The notes: a model not told the origin generated them from the letters alone. A stretch of 64,000 bases of DNA from Candidatus Latescibacterota bacterium (GCA_965205485.1 OZ242180.1:512001-576000), one strand, 5' to 3'. Counted from the stretch's first letter, positions 54,305 to 64,000 are shown. Program-made: numbers and translations.

Positions 54305-56299
54305 CTATTGCGGGGGTGATCCGGAATTCGTAATCCAGTCGTGCAACGCGGTCCGGTTGACTCGGCGAGAAGAGATCCGCAGTTCCCGGCGGCCCTCCGC
54401 GGCGCCGTAAAACGAGCGGAATTCGTCAATGGGAAATTCCATGCCCGCGTTGTGGACGTAGAGCGGCCCGGGTGCGATCATCGCCGCGGCCGTGCGCAGG
54501 TCGCCGGCGGCGCGGACTGCCGGAATGTAGAGGTGTTCGGCCCAGTGGGCATCGTCACCGGCACGGAACCGGTTTCCGTCGATGATCGTGCGGCCGACGT
54601 CGGGCGCGAGGGCCCGCGCGAACAGGCACCATAGACCGGCCTCGCCCATGCCTGCCAGGTGGCAGACGCTCACGTCCGCGCGGGACCGAAGATAAGCCAG
54701 CGCCGTCAAAATGTCCTGGATTCGGCAGGTTGCATCGCTGGGGTTATAGGTATGGAAGTGCGGCACACTGGTGTCCCGGCTGCCGGTGTTTGAAACCGAT
54801 GCCCCTGCCAGGAACGGACTGATGGTCAGAACACGCAGGCCCCTTCGAATCAGATCGTCGACAGCGAGGCCGGGCGTGCCGCTTTCGGGGTCGGAGAGGG
54901 CGTCGATGCCGCCAGGGTGCACCAGCAACGCTCCGGGCGATGTCTCCCGGCCGTTTTGCGGCAGAAACAGCCGCGCGGGAACGCGGTCGGCGAAATCCGG
55001 CCGCCCGATCAGGAGCCGCTGGACGATATATCGGCTGTTCCTTGTTCGCCCCATGTCCCTGGCCAGCGCCTCCTTCGGATACACGGCGGCGACAGCATGC
55101 CGGAGCGCCGGCGCCAACCGCTCCTTGAACCTGCGAAGGGAGACAGCGGTGTCGGGCAGGGCGTCCTTGAGGCGCGACTCGGACCGGGCGATCAACGACT
55201 TCGTGAGGCTGTTTGAATCCAGCGCGCCGTCGGGCGGTTTCCGGTCATGGAAAACCAGCAGGCTCTCATCGGGTTCAACGGTGAAGGGTGTTTCCTTGAA
55301 TCCCTCGTCCCTGCCCAGCAGCCACCGTCCGAACCATTGGTAGACGAATTCGCGGCTCTCGCGGTTATAGTTGTGCCCGGCATCCACCTGTGCGGTCGCG
55401 ACTCTGACTGCGGCGTCGTACAATCCGTAGATCTCCCGTATTGCAGGGTATTCCAGCTCGGGCGTGTTGCACGTCCAGTCGCCGGAGGCGGAAACCAGGA
55501 AGAGCGGGCGCGGGGCCATGGCGGCAGCGATCTCGACGTTGTTGACATCCAGGCGGAGATGGCCCTGGTTTTCGCAATTGCATCCTCCTTGCATATGGGC
55601 CGAAACCATATTGACCGGGGCCGCCACACCGACCCTGTGGTCCACGGCCGCCAGCAGGAAAGTCTGGGTGCCGCCGCCCGAAGCGCCCGTGCAACCGATC
55701 CGGCCCGGGTCCACGTCCGGAAGCGACTGCAGGAAGTCGATTACGCGGATGCTGTTCCACAGCTGCAGCCCCAAAACGCCGATCCCCCACAGATCTTCCC
55801 TGCGTCCACCGAACTCCCGATGCTCGATCTGGCTGCTGTCGTTGTACCCCGCCATGTCGTACGAAAATACGACGTGACCCTGCCGGGCCAGGTTGATACA
55901 GCGACCTGGAATCGATGCGAATGCCGTGTCGTCGTTCTCGAGGCGTCCGCGGCGGCAGTGGCCGTGCGGGCAGGCGATCCCCGGATGGGGCCCATCTTCA
56001 GACGGACGGTACAGGTTGCCGCACACCAGGAAACCCGGCAACGACTCGAAGAAGACCTTCTCCACGGAATAGTCCCCGCGTTCCAGACGTCCGAAGATGC
56101 GCGCGTTGAGGGGGCTCTTCTCAGGCAGCGGGTATAGACCCGCGACAACGAGGATGTGGCGGCGAATCTGCGCGACGCGGGTTTTCCATGCATTCAGGGA
56201 AGGATAAGTGGCCAGCGTCCATGGCGTGTGTACGTGACGGGACTCGGCCAGGCGCACGTCGGGTACGGCTTCGGAGGCCTGATCTGCAACGGTAGCCAC
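54305..56299 (-). CDS. Two-domain alpha/beta hydrolase (acetylxylan esterase-like)
   Basis: EKVFFESLPG..GNLYRP, PHGH, YDMAGYNDS, GASGGG nucleophile elbow, APRP, GHNY; second degenerate hydrolase domain. Start uncertain (GTG at 56299). Confidence 0.8.
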   Translation of the reverse strand: MATVADQASEAVPDVRLAESRHVHTPWTLATYPSLNAWKTRVAQIRRHILVVAGLYPLPEKSPLNARIFGRLERGDYSVEKVFFESLPGFLVCGNLYRPSEDGPHPGIACPHGHCRRGRLENDDTAFASIPGRCINLARQGHVVFSYDMAGYNDSSQIEHREFGGRREDLWGIGVLGLQLWNSIRVIDFLQSLPDVDPGRIGCTGASGGGTQTFLLAAVDHRVGVAAPVNMVSAHMQGGCNCENQGHLRLDVNNVEIAAAMAPRPLFLVSASGDWTCNTPELEYPAIREIYGLYDAAVRVATAQVDAGHNYNRESREFVYQWFGRWLLGRDEGFKETPFTVEPDESLLVFHDRKPPDGALDSNSLTKSLIARSESRLKDALPDTAVSLRRFKERLAPALRHAVAAVYPKEALARDMGRTRNSRYIVQRLLIGRPDFADRVPARLFLPQNGRETSPGALLVHPGGIDALSDPESGTPGLAVDDLIRRGLRVLTISPFLAGASVSNTGSRDTSVPHFHTYNPSDATCRIQDILTALAYLRSRADVSVCHLAGMGEAGLWCLFARALAPDVGRTIIDGNRFRAGDDAHWAEHLYIPAVRAAGDLRTAAAMIAPGPLYVHNAGMEFPIDEFRSFYGAAEGRRELRISSRRVNRTALHDWITNSGSPPQ

Positions 56300-56544
56300 G
56301 TGTAAGTGTCCCTTCACTGAAATGGATTGCCTGAATTCGGCCGTCGAGGCGCCCGGTCGTCGCAAGACGCGAAGGAGTCCTTCCGGACGCTGGAGATTTC
56401 GCAAAGATAAAGCCCTCGTCGGCGAAACGCAAGGCGCATCGCGGCAATATTCCGATACGCATTCCGGCTGGATAGATACATGGGAATTCGCTATATTGAC
56501 GCGTCAATTCAAAGAGGGGATACTCAACCATGGGGGACAGAACA

Positions 56545-56928
56545 ATGGGAAAACGGGAAATAAAACACCCGGACAAGCAGGTGGATACCGGGGCGTATTC
56601 GGCAGCGGTGGAAGCGGACGGCTGGGTCTACGTGAGCGGACACGCGTCGCTGGATCTGGCTACGGGCGAGGTGATCGGCGATGACATAGAGACACAGACG
56701 CGCACGACGCTGGAGCATATCCGGATGGTCCTGCGGGAAGCCGACTGTACGATGGACGACGTGGTCAAATCCACGTGCCACCTGGCGGATATCGGTGATT
56801 TCGCCGCATTCAATGGCGTGTATTCGGAGTTCTTCACGGGTATTCGACCGGCCAGGACCACGGTGCAGTCCGTCCTGCCGGGAATCCTTGTGGAAATCGA
56901 CGTGGTCGCCAGAAAGCCGCAACAATAG
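56545..56928 (+). CDS. RidA/YjgF family protein
   Basis: YSAAV..VYVSG, QT..L, DVVK, FNGVY..F..RPARTTVQ..VEIDVVA. Confidence 0.9.
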   Translation: MGKREIKHPDKQVDTGAYSAAVEADGWVYVSGHASLDLATGEVIGDDIETQTRTTLEHIRMVLREADCTMDDVVKSTCHLADIGDFAAFNGVYSEFFTGIRPARTTVQSVLPGILVEIDVVARKPQQ

Positions 56929-56982
56929 TCCGATGCGGGCCGGCGGTCGGGTGGTAAGATATTCCCGGGACCGGACACTGAT

Positions 56983-58947
56983 ATGGCTGTCATGGAAAAT
57001 GAAATTGCCTTTTTCCGATACCGCAACAGGTTGATGGCGGGAGTCTGCCTGTCTGCACACGGCGGAAAACTGCGTTTCGCTACAGCCCGCAAGGAAACGG
57101 TGATCACGCCGGTCGAGAACGTGCTGCTCCGTACCTGTGAAACGGCCGGAGACTGGACCGGCGCAGCCGCGTGGATGTCGCGCGCCGAGGAGGGGAGCGC
57201 AACTATAGATCTCGAGGACGCGTGGGAACTCCTTCGTGATGACGCGGATGTCTGGTCCGTGGATGAATTGGCGGATCTCTATTTCGGCGGAAACGTCACG
57301 GCAGACCACCGGGCTGCGCTGCTGGTCCATCTCGAGCAGAACCTCTATTTCGAGGCGGAAAGGCGGGGGGGCGGGTACCGCGCCTTGAGCGAGGAAGAGG
57401 TCCGGGACCGGCAGGCCTCGGCTGTCCGCCAGGCGGCGCGTGTCGACGAAAGGGCCCGATTCGGGCGTTGGCTGCGCAAATGCAGTGAAGCTTCGCCGGC
57501 GTCGGCCGAAGGATGGATCGATCGGCTCAAGGATTACGTGCTGAACCATGAGAAGAGTGTTCACGCTGACTGGGTCGAACGCATGGCTGGCGCGCGGGTG
57601 GACCCGCATACTGTTTTCAATCGGCTTGTCCGCGACGGCATATGGGGTCCGGATGAACACCTGGACCTGATCCGGGCCGGGGTGCCGGTCGAATTTCCGG
57701 CTGTTGTCATTGAGGAGGTGGACGGTATGTGTCTGGCGCCGTTGCTGGATGACGGCAGGCGTCGGGACCTCACGGATCTTGCGGTATACGCGGTCGACGA
57801 CGCGGCAACGACCGACATGGACGATGCCGTGTCGGTCCATGTGCGGGCCGACGGGACCAGGCAGGTAGGGGTACACATCACCGACGTTGCGGGGCTGGTT
57901 CCCCTGGATTCGGAAACGGACCGGGAGGCAGCCTCGAGGGTTTCCAGCCTGTACTTCCCGGACCGGAAGATCCCGATGTTTCCGGAGACGTTGTCAAGCG
58001 ATCTGGGCAGTCTGCGGCCGGGCGCGCCGCGTCTGGCTCTGAGTCAGCTGTTCGACGTCTCGGCGGATGGTACGGTCGAAAGCGTTGAGATCGTACCGTC
58101 GGTCGTTCGTTGCTCCGAAAAACTCTCGTATGAAGCCGCGGACGGGATTCTGGCGGATCCGACCCATGCACTGCACGGCGATCTTTCGGAGCTGCAAACG
58201 GTAGCCGAGTGGCACTGCATAGAGCGCCTGCAAAACGGCGCAATAGACGTGGAACATCCGAATCGGCGGATCCGGATTACGGATAACGGGGAAGTCCAGG
58301 TATCGTTGCAGGACGGCAGGTCCCCTGCAAACCTCCTCGTGAGCGAGATGATGGTGATGGCCAACACGGCGATGGCGAGGTTCTGTTGGGACCGGGATAT
58401 TCCGGTGGTGTACCGGGTTCAGACGGCGCCGGATCCGGCCGACTTCCGCGACGTGGAGAACGAGGTGCTACGCCGGTACAGGGTGCTGCGCCGAATGCGG
58501 CGTGCGTCGATGAGCCTGACGCCGGAACCGCACGGCGGACTGGGTGTGGATGCGTATTGTCAGGCGACTTCGCCTTTGCGCCGGTACACGGACCTGGCTG
58601 TTCAACGTCAGGTCGCGGCGTATCTGCTGGATCAACCTCTTCCTTATGAGAGTGAACGCATCCAGCGTGTGGTTTTCGAAGCCGAAGAACGGATGCGCAA
58701 CCTGATCCGCATCGAGCGCCGGCGGGAGCGGTACTGGCTGTTCCGTTATCTGCAGGATCGCGTGGGAGGCGTGTTTGAAGCCGTGGTGCTGGATACGCGC
58801 GAGCGGACTCTGCGCGTTGAAGTGCTGGATTTCGCGTTTCAGACGGATATCAGGGCTTCCGCTGACGTGGCGCCCGGAGACACGGTGTCCGTCCGATTGG
58901 GGCGCTGTAACCCCTGGTCGGGCGAGATTTCCTTTTCTCCGGCATAG
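56983..58947 (+). CDS. RNB-domain exoribonuclease (RNase II/R family)
   Basis: VDDAATTDMDDAVS, VHITDV, SLYFPD..PMFP, EMMVMAN, YRVQ, HGGLG..Y.QATSPLRRYTDL..QRQ. Confidence 0.9.
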   Translation: MAVMENEIAFFRYRNRLMAGVCLSAHGGKLRFATARKETVITPVENVLLRTCETAGDWTGAAAWMSRAEEGSATIDLEDAWELLRDDADVWSVDELADLYFGGNVTADHRAALLVHLEQNLYFEAERRGGGYRALSEEEVRDRQASAVRQAARVDERARFGRWLRKCSEASPASAEGWIDRLKDYVLNHEKSVHADWVERMAGARVDPHTVFNRLVRDGIWGPDEHLDLIRAGVPVEFPAVVIEEVDGMCLAPLLDDGRRRDLTDLAVYAVDDAATTDMDDAVSVHVRADGTRQVGVHITDVAGLVPLDSETDREAASRVSSLYFPDRKIPMFPETLSSDLGSLRPGAPRLALSQLFDVSADGTVESVEIVPSVVRCSEKLSYEAADGILADPTHALHGDLSELQTVAEWHCIERLQNGAIDVEHPNRRIRITDNGEVQVSLQDGRSPANLLVSEMMVMANTAMARFCWDRDIPVVYRVQTAPDPADFRDVENEVLRRYRVLRRMRRASMSLTPEPHGGLGVDAYCQATSPLRRYTDLAVQRQVAAYLLDQPLPYESERIQRVVFEAEERMRNLIRIERRRERYWLFRYLQDRVGGVFEAVVLDTRERTLRVEVLDFAFQTDIRASADVAPGDTVSVRLGRCNPWSGEISFSPA

Positions 58948-59175
58948 TGTCCCTTCCCGGGAACATGAATACACCCACTCGCCGCATCATTCGGAGTGTC
59001 CTCCTGTCTCGTTGATATCCTGCGTGGCGGGAAAACCGGTTTTTTTCGAACGGTAGCTCAACATTGGCCACAGGATCATTGCCCGTTTTGTTCCTTTTTG
59101 TATATTGGAAACTGGAGAGGAGTTGACGTCCAGATTCCTGGCGGGCGACGGTCTGTTTCTATTGCGAGCGCATCC

Positions 59176-59880
59176 ATGACAGGCAACATTCTGGTGGTTG
59201 AAGACGAAGTCGATATTCAGGAGATCGTCTCCTACAACCTTGAGAAGGCGGGATTTGCGGTGGCTGCCGTCGATTCGGGCGAGGCGGCCCTCGAATCGAT
59301 CCGGAAAGAGCTTCCCGATCTGGTCGTACTGGACCTGATGCTGCCGGGCATGGACGGGCTGGAGGTCTGCAGGCTGCTGAAGCAGGACGCAGAAACCCGG
59401 GACCTGCCCATTCTCATGCTGACCGCGCGCGCCGAGGAAGTCGACCGCGTCGTCGGGCTGGAGCTGGGAGCGGACGACTATGTCATCAAGCCGTTTTCCG
59501 CACGTGAACTGACGTTGCGCATCCAGGCCATCCTGAGGCGGCTGGTGGAAGGGCGGGATTCAGCGGAGGAAGCGTCGGATACGGACGCGATGACATTCGG
59601 TCCTCTTACCATCGACAAAGCCGCCCACAGGGTAACCGTGGACGGCGACACACTGGCGTTGACATCCACCGAATTCAGTCTGTTGGCTACGCTGGCAGAG
59701 CGCAGGGGGCGTGTGCAGTCCCGCGAAGAATTGCTGAACACGGTCTGGGGTTACGAATACGCCGGATACGGCCGGACCGTGGATACCCATATCCGGCGTT
59801 TGAGAGAAAAGCTGGGCGGCGCCGGCGAATTGGTGGAGACGGTTCGAGGCGTAGGTTACCGATTCATGGAAGAACACTGA
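59176..59880 (+). CDS. OmpR/PhoB-family response regulator (PhoB/PhoP-like)
   Basis: VVEDE, LDLMLPGMDG, LTA, GADDY..KPF, LTSTEF, RTVDTHIRRLREKL, TVRGVGY. Confidence 0.92.
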   Translation: MTGNILVVEDEVDIQEIVSYNLEKAGFAVAAVDSGEAALESIRKELPDLVVLDLMLPGMDGLEVCRLLKQDAETRDLPILMLTARAEEVDRVVGLELGADDYVIKPFSARELTLRIQAILRRLVEGRDSAEEASDTDAMTFGPLTIDKAAHRVTVDGDTLALTSTEFSLLATLAERRGRVQSREELLNTVWGYEYAGYGRTVDTHIRRLREKLGGAGELVETVRGVGYRFMEEH

Positions 59881-60074
59881 GAAGCTGTGTTAAAATTACC
59901 GGTGAGCTCCCGAGCGCGAGCGAAAAAGTGGCGGTTATGAGGCGCGAGGGGCGCGCAGCGCCGACGGGAAAACCCGCCCTATAGGCGAGCTAGCCTATCT
60001 CGGGTGGGTTTGACCAACGCCGACCTGCGCTTTTGCAGCCGCGCGAAGACCGCTGGGAATATTAAGACAGCTTC
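59881..60074. mobile_element. 194-bp MITE-like element with 17-bp imperfect terminal inverted repeats, flanked by TGA on both sides
   Basis: gaagctgtgttaaaatt ... aatattaagacagcttc (15/17); TGA at 59878-59880 (the regulator's stop codon) and 60075-60077; no ORF. Confidence 0.65.
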
Positions 60075-60086
60075 TGAAGGATTGAG

Positions 60087-61547
60087 ATGTTTACATTGGC
60101 GCCTTCACCTGAGAGCCAGGGGATACCCTCACGGGCGGTCCTGAATTTCCTCAAGCGGATCGACTCTGAGCGCATTTGCATGCACGGGTTCCTGCTCGCG
60201 CGTCACAACAGAATCGCGGCTGAGGGTTACTGGGCCCCGTGGACGGCTGAGCGCAAGCACCGTATGTATTCCGTCAGCAAGAGCTTCGTGGCGCTGGCTG
60301 TCGGACTGATGATCGACGAAGGCTTGCTCGCCCTCGATGATCGGGTCGCGGACTACTTTCCGGACAAAGTGCCCGAAGACCTTCATCCGTGGCTTTCAGT
60401 TTCGACTGTACGAGATCTCCTGACGATGTCGACCCCCCATACGAGAACTTCCTATACGAGGGACGACCCGGACTGGGTCTGGACCTTCTTCAACCGGACT
60501 CCCTCTCATCCTCCCGGAACGGTCTTTTCTTACGACACCGCGGCAACCGTTGTACTCACGGCCCTGGTCGAACGGCTTGCCGGTATGCCCTTTCTGGACT
60601 ATATGCGGCCGCGTTTCCTGGATCGGATCGGCTTCTCCGCCGATGCGTGGTGCATCCGAACGCCCGAGGGCGTGTCGTGGGGCGGGTCGGGAGTCATCTG
60701 CACGCTTCGCGATCTGGCCAGAGTCGCGCTCTCCTGCTTGAACGACGGCTTGTGGGCCAACGAGAGAGTGCTTCCCGAGTCTTACGTACTGGCCGCCACC
60801 GCCAGGCAGATCGACAACACCATCCGGGGGAATTGCGGATACGGGTATCAGATCTGGCGGGAGGAGGAAAACGGGTTCTCATTCCGCGGGATGGGCAGCC
60901 AGTACGCCATCTGTTTTCCCGACCAGGCGTTTCTGTTCGCCTGCATCGCCGACACGCAGGGCGCACCGGCCGGCAGCGCCATTCCCACCGTGATGCGCGA
61001 GGAACTCCTTCCCCACCTCTCGGGCTCGCCGCTTCCGGAGGATCCCGACGCGCAGGCGGAACTATCCGATAGAACCGGTCGGTTGGAGGTTCTGCCGGTC
61101 CCCGGAAGACGCGACGCGACGGCGGCCTCGGACGTCCACGGAACCTGGTATGTTTTGGTGGGCAACCCGATGGGGATCACGCGCATGCGCCTGTCCTTCG
61201 AGGGCGACCAGGGCGTCTGGGAGTACACAAACGGTCAGGGCGACAATGTGCTGCGGTTCGGAGTCGGACGCGTGCAGTCCGGCAGATTCCCGCAACGCAA
61301 CTACTTCGGTGAACAGATCGGCGTGGTCCCCGGCATCGAATACGAATGCATGGCCTCGGCCGCATGGATCGACGATCGGACGCTCAATATGGAAATCCTC
61401 ATTACGGACATCTACCTTGGAAGGCTCATGATATCCTTCGCCTTCAAGGGCGAGGAGATCGGCGTCTTCATGACAAAGCAGGCAGAGTGGTTCCTCGACG
61501 AATACAACGGGTTCGCCGGAGGAAAGCGCTTCCAAGAAGCTGTTTAG
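60087..61547 (+). CDS. Serine hydrolase, beta-lactamase-related (class C-like) family
   Basis: YSVSKS (SxxK), TVRDLLTM, PGTVFSYDT, GYGYQIW, GMGSQY. Confidence 0.88.
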   Translation: MFTLAPSPESQGIPSRAVLNFLKRIDSERICMHGFLLARHNRIAAEGYWAPWTAERKHRMYSVSKSFVALAVGLMIDEGLLALDDRVADYFPDKVPEDLHPWLSVSTVRDLLTMSTPHTRTSYTRDDPDWVWTFFNRTPSHPPGTVFSYDTAATVVLTALVERLAGMPFLDYMRPRFLDRIGFSADAWCIRTPEGVSWGGSGVICTLRDLARVALSCLNDGLWANERVLPESYVLAATARQIDNTIRGNCGYGYQIWREEENGFSFRGMGSQYAICFPDQAFLFACIADTQGAPAGSAIPTVMREELLPHLSGSPLPEDPDAQAELSDRTGRLEVLPVPGRRDATAASDVHGTWYVLVGNPMGITRMRLSFEGDQGVWEYTNGQGDNVLRFGVGRVQSGRFPQRNYFGEQIGVVPGIEYECMASAAWIDDRTLNMEILITDIYLGRLMISFAFKGEEIGVFMTKQAEWFLDEYNGFAGGKRFQEAV

Positions 61548-61703
61548 AAAATAAGAAACAATACTATAGACTACGAAACACGCGAAAAATCGAGACTACG
61601 AAAAATCCGTGGGTGAAATCAATTGGCACAAGAGGCCCAAAATAGTGTCATGGTTTTCCGGCTTTTCTTATATTTGCAATAGGCCGGTCCGGACTCCATT
61701 CGG

Positions 61704-62019
61704 ATGGCGAAGATGAATTGGCCCTTTTGGTGGAAATGGGAACTGGAATTCACCCCACACCACGGCTGTCCAGGACAGAAACCGATTTGGGACCGGTGTG
61801 GTTGGCGTTTCCGGGAGCGAGGGCATCCTGCCCTCGACATCGGGTAACTCGTCGCACACGGTGTTTTCCGTGACCCGGTGTCGGATTGAATGGCCCCGTC
61901 AGTCTCTCGATGCGAATAGGGATAGGGGACGCGAAGTTCGAGGGCAGGATGCCCTCGCTCCGTGTGAATTGCTTGTCATTGTCACCGCCTATCCGGTCGA
62001 AGAGAGAAAAGAGCAATGA
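61704..62019 (+). pseudogene. Disrupted DUF4258-like gene (partner of DUF2283)
   Basis: 5' fragment MAKMNWPFWWKWELEFTPH and 3' fragment ELLVIVTAYPVEERKEQ* (ATGA overlap with DUF2283); the middle is occupied by an inverted-repeat element. Confidence 0.55.
61814..61961. repeat. REPIN-like element bounded by perfect 24-bp inverted repeats
   Basis: ggagcgagggcatcctgccctcga (61814-61837) and tcgagggcaggatgccctcgctcc (61938-61961); each arm is itself a small hairpin. Confidence 0.75.
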
Positions 62020-62285
62020 GAGACAGATATCTGGAAATCACGTTTCGAAACGGGCGACCGCTGGCAGCGTACCTGTATTTTCCCAGAATGGTCAGGGCAA
62101 GGAGTGTAAGGACAGAGAAGATTCGGAAGGGATTGTTGGTGGATTACGAGGCGGAAGGACACCCGATCGGTCTGGAGATCACGGCTCCGAACGAAGTGAC
62201 GTCGGACCAGATTAACGAAGTGTTGAGGGAGCTGGACGTTCCGCTGCTTGATCCGGAAGAGTTGGCTCCATTACAGGCAGCATAA
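62016..62285 (+). CDS. DUF2283-family small protein
   Basis: AAYLYF..SVRTEKI..GLLVDY..GHPIGLEI. Confidence 0.75.
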   Translation: MRDRYLEITFRNGRPLAAYLYFPRMVRARSVRTEKIRKGLLVDYEAEGHPIGLEITAPNEVTSDQINEVLRELDVPLLDPEELAPLQAA

Positions 62286-62450
62286 GGCGGTCCGTAACCC
62301 GCGAAAACATGTCGCGACAGCGCATCAAGACCAGGTGAAATCCTGTATTCCGGATTGCACTTCTAAATGGCCTGTGTCTCTCCATTTTCGAAATGGCACG
62401 GGTCATTTTTGTACATTTCCGGACAGAGCAGTTCGAGAAAGGCGAGTGGG

Positions 62451-63890
62451 ATGCGACTACATTGGCGGTTGATGCTGCTCTGCGCTGCGGTGATCGCTAT
62501 TGCCATGGCCGCCGTGCATCTGTACGCAAACCGTACGATTCACGAAATCCTGCTGGCCTCCGTGCTGGGGTTGACCCTGGCGCTGCTGCTGACCTATAGT
62601 GTCTCCCGATCGGTGTCGCGGCCGTTGCGGAAACTGACCGGGATCGCGCGCTCCATAGGGGCAGGCGACTTCGATAAACGGGTTCCGTCCGATACCTCGC
62701 CACGAGAAATCAGGGATCTCGCGCGGGCCCTGGATTCAACCCGGCGGCAGGTCCGGGACCGGATCGCGGCCATCCTCGGTGAAAAGTCGCAGCTCGAGAC
62801 GATCCTCGCGGACATAACCGCGGGGATCCTTGTTACGAGACCCGACGGCCGCGTTCTGCTGACGAACCGCACGTTCGAACGCCTGTTCGGCGTTACGTCC
62901 CCTACGGACGGACGGCCCCCGGTGGAAATGATCCGCGACGTACAGGTTCAGGCGGCAATCGAAAATACACTGAGAACGGGCGAGGCCCTGACGCATACGA
63001 TGACGACGTCGGGTATGCCCGAACGACATTTCGACGTTCACGTGGGACCCGTTCGCCGGGATGGCGGGGGGATGGGTGCGGTAGCGGTCTTCTACGATAC
63101 GACAGAACTGCATCGGCTGGAGCGCGCGCGCAAGGATTTCGTGGCCAATGTATCGCACGAGATACGTACGCCGCTAACGGCCATAAAAGGGTGCGCGGAT
63201 ACACTGGCCGAAGGTGCGCTTGAAGACCGCGCAACCGCCGATCGATTTGTGCAGACCATCCTCACGCATTCAGACCGGCTTCAGCTTCTGCTGGAAGACC
63301 TGCTCGACCTGTCGCGGCTGGAGTCCGACAGCCTGAAGATAGAAATGGATGACTTCGCAATCCGGCCGGCTGTGGACCGGGCGTGCGATTCGGTCCGCCA
63401 GCAGGCCGCCGGCAAGGATATCTCGATTCTGATGGAGGTTCCGGATGAATTGACGGTTCGCGGCGACCCGAAACTGATTGAGCAGGCTCTGGTGAACCTG
63501 CTGGACAATGCGGTGAAATATACTCCGGGAGGCGGGAAGGTGCGGGTTGCTGTCAGGCGGTTGGGTAAGGACGAGGATGTCGAGGGTTCGGACAACACGC
63601 CGGGGTTTATTCTGACGGCGGAAGCCGGCCGCACGGACTCTGTTTCAAGGCCGGCCAGAGTTGTGGTGCTGGAGGTCGTGGATAACGGTATCGGAATCCC
63701 TTCGGATTCGCTGCCGCGCGTGTTCGAACGGTTTTACCGTGTGGAAAAGGGACGCTCGAGGAGTCTGGGTGGAACCGGTCTGGGGCTCTCGATCGTCCGT
63801 CATATCATCGAATCCCACGGGGAACGGGTTTACGCAAAGAGCGTACTCGGTGCGGGCTCGACGTTCGGCTTCACGCTGCCGATTGTATAG
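62451..63890 (+). CDS. PhoR-like sensor histidine kinase (2 TM, HAMP, PAS, HisKA, HATPase)
   Basis: RKDFVANVSHEIRTPLT, NLLDNAVKY, DNGIGIP, FERFYRV, GGTGLGLSIV. Confidence 0.92.
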   Translation: MRLHWRLMLLCAAVIAIAMAAVHLYANRTIHEILLASVLGLTLALLLTYSVSRSVSRPLRKLTGIARSIGAGDFDKRVPSDTSPREIRDLARALDSTRRQVRDRIAAILGEKSQLETILADITAGILVTRPDGRVLLTNRTFERLFGVTSPTDGRPPVEMIRDVQVQAAIENTLRTGEALTHTMTTSGMPERHFDVHVGPVRRDGGGMGAVAVFYDTTELHRLERARKDFVANVSHEIRTPLTAIKGCADTLAEGALEDRATADRFVQTILTHSDRLQLLLEDLLDLSRLESDSLKIEMDDFAIRPAVDRACDSVRQQAAGKDISILMEVPDELTVRGDPKLIEQALVNLLDNAVKYTPGGGKVRVAVRRLGKDEDVEGSDNTPGFILTAEAGRTDSVSRPARVVVLEVVDNGIGIPSDSLPRVFERFYRVEKGRSRSLGGTGLGLSIVRHIIESHGERVYAKSVLGAGSTFGFTLPIV

Positions 63891-63910
63891 CAGAGCGAAC
63901 GAAATGGAAG

Positions 63911-63943
63911 ACGGGGGATCGCAAAGGCGTCCCCCGTTTTTTT
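63911..63943 (+). terminator. Rho-independent terminator
   Basis: acgggggatcgc-aaag-gcgtcccccgt followed by a T-run. Confidence 0.8.
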
Positions 63944-64000
63944 CTGTCAGGCTTCAGCCTGATGGCGCGGCCGGCCCGTTGGCGGCGAAGAAGTCCGGTA

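Noticed and set aside
60087..61547. Beta-lactam resistance gene
   Set aside because: No signal peptide and YDT in place of YxN; more consistent with a cytoplasmic esterase or amidase of the same fold.
63947..64000. 3' end of a convergent minus-strand gene
   Set aside because: Only ~50 bp are visible and the frame is ambiguous.

Overview
GC-rich bacterial DNA with no rRNA, tRNA, CRISPR array, phage gene or transposase that I can recognise. (1) 1-18.2 kb, plus an outlier at 47.7-51.9 kb: a minus-strand array of signal-peptide proteins built from eukaryote-like and adhesion repeats (WD40, internalin-type LRR, YWTD/LDL-receptor propellers, cadherin, CARDB, Ig-like, a GIWSDG propeller). Four are metzincin paralogues. 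Almost all carry a duplicated Ca-loop, dockerin-like tag (DFxGDGxxxFxDF...FG, twice). Inside the array are a small cohesin-like protein with a T9SS/FlgD-type C-terminal domain (CTD) and a large protein with both a cohesin-like and a dockerin-like domain. I read this as a candidate non-cellulosomal cohesin-dockerin display or export system (inference). The array shows turnover: a decayed gene duplicate, an orphan half-tag and domain deletions. (2) 18.8-25.3 kb: an operon of TonB-dependent receptor, CTD-bearing protein and PorV-like barrel, with its own promoter and operator. (3) 25.6-37.7 kb: a co-oriented catabolic cluster and a FolC-ATP-grasp fusion. (4) 37.9-47.5 kb: rpmB, rimO-folA-thyA, a heparinase II/III-like protein and small genes. 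(5) Two diverged promoter-plus-hairpin units with C-rich loops (candidate new sRNA) bracket the WD40 gene. (6) 52.4-64 kb: metabolic genes, RidA, an RNB nuclease, and a PhoB/PhoR-like pair split by a MITE, a serine hydrolase and a broken DUF4258/DUF2283 pair. The domain content resembles host-associated (e.g. sponge) Latescibacterota/Gemmatimonadota-like lineages, which is inference only. All family calls come from reading motifs by eye; no database searches were run.
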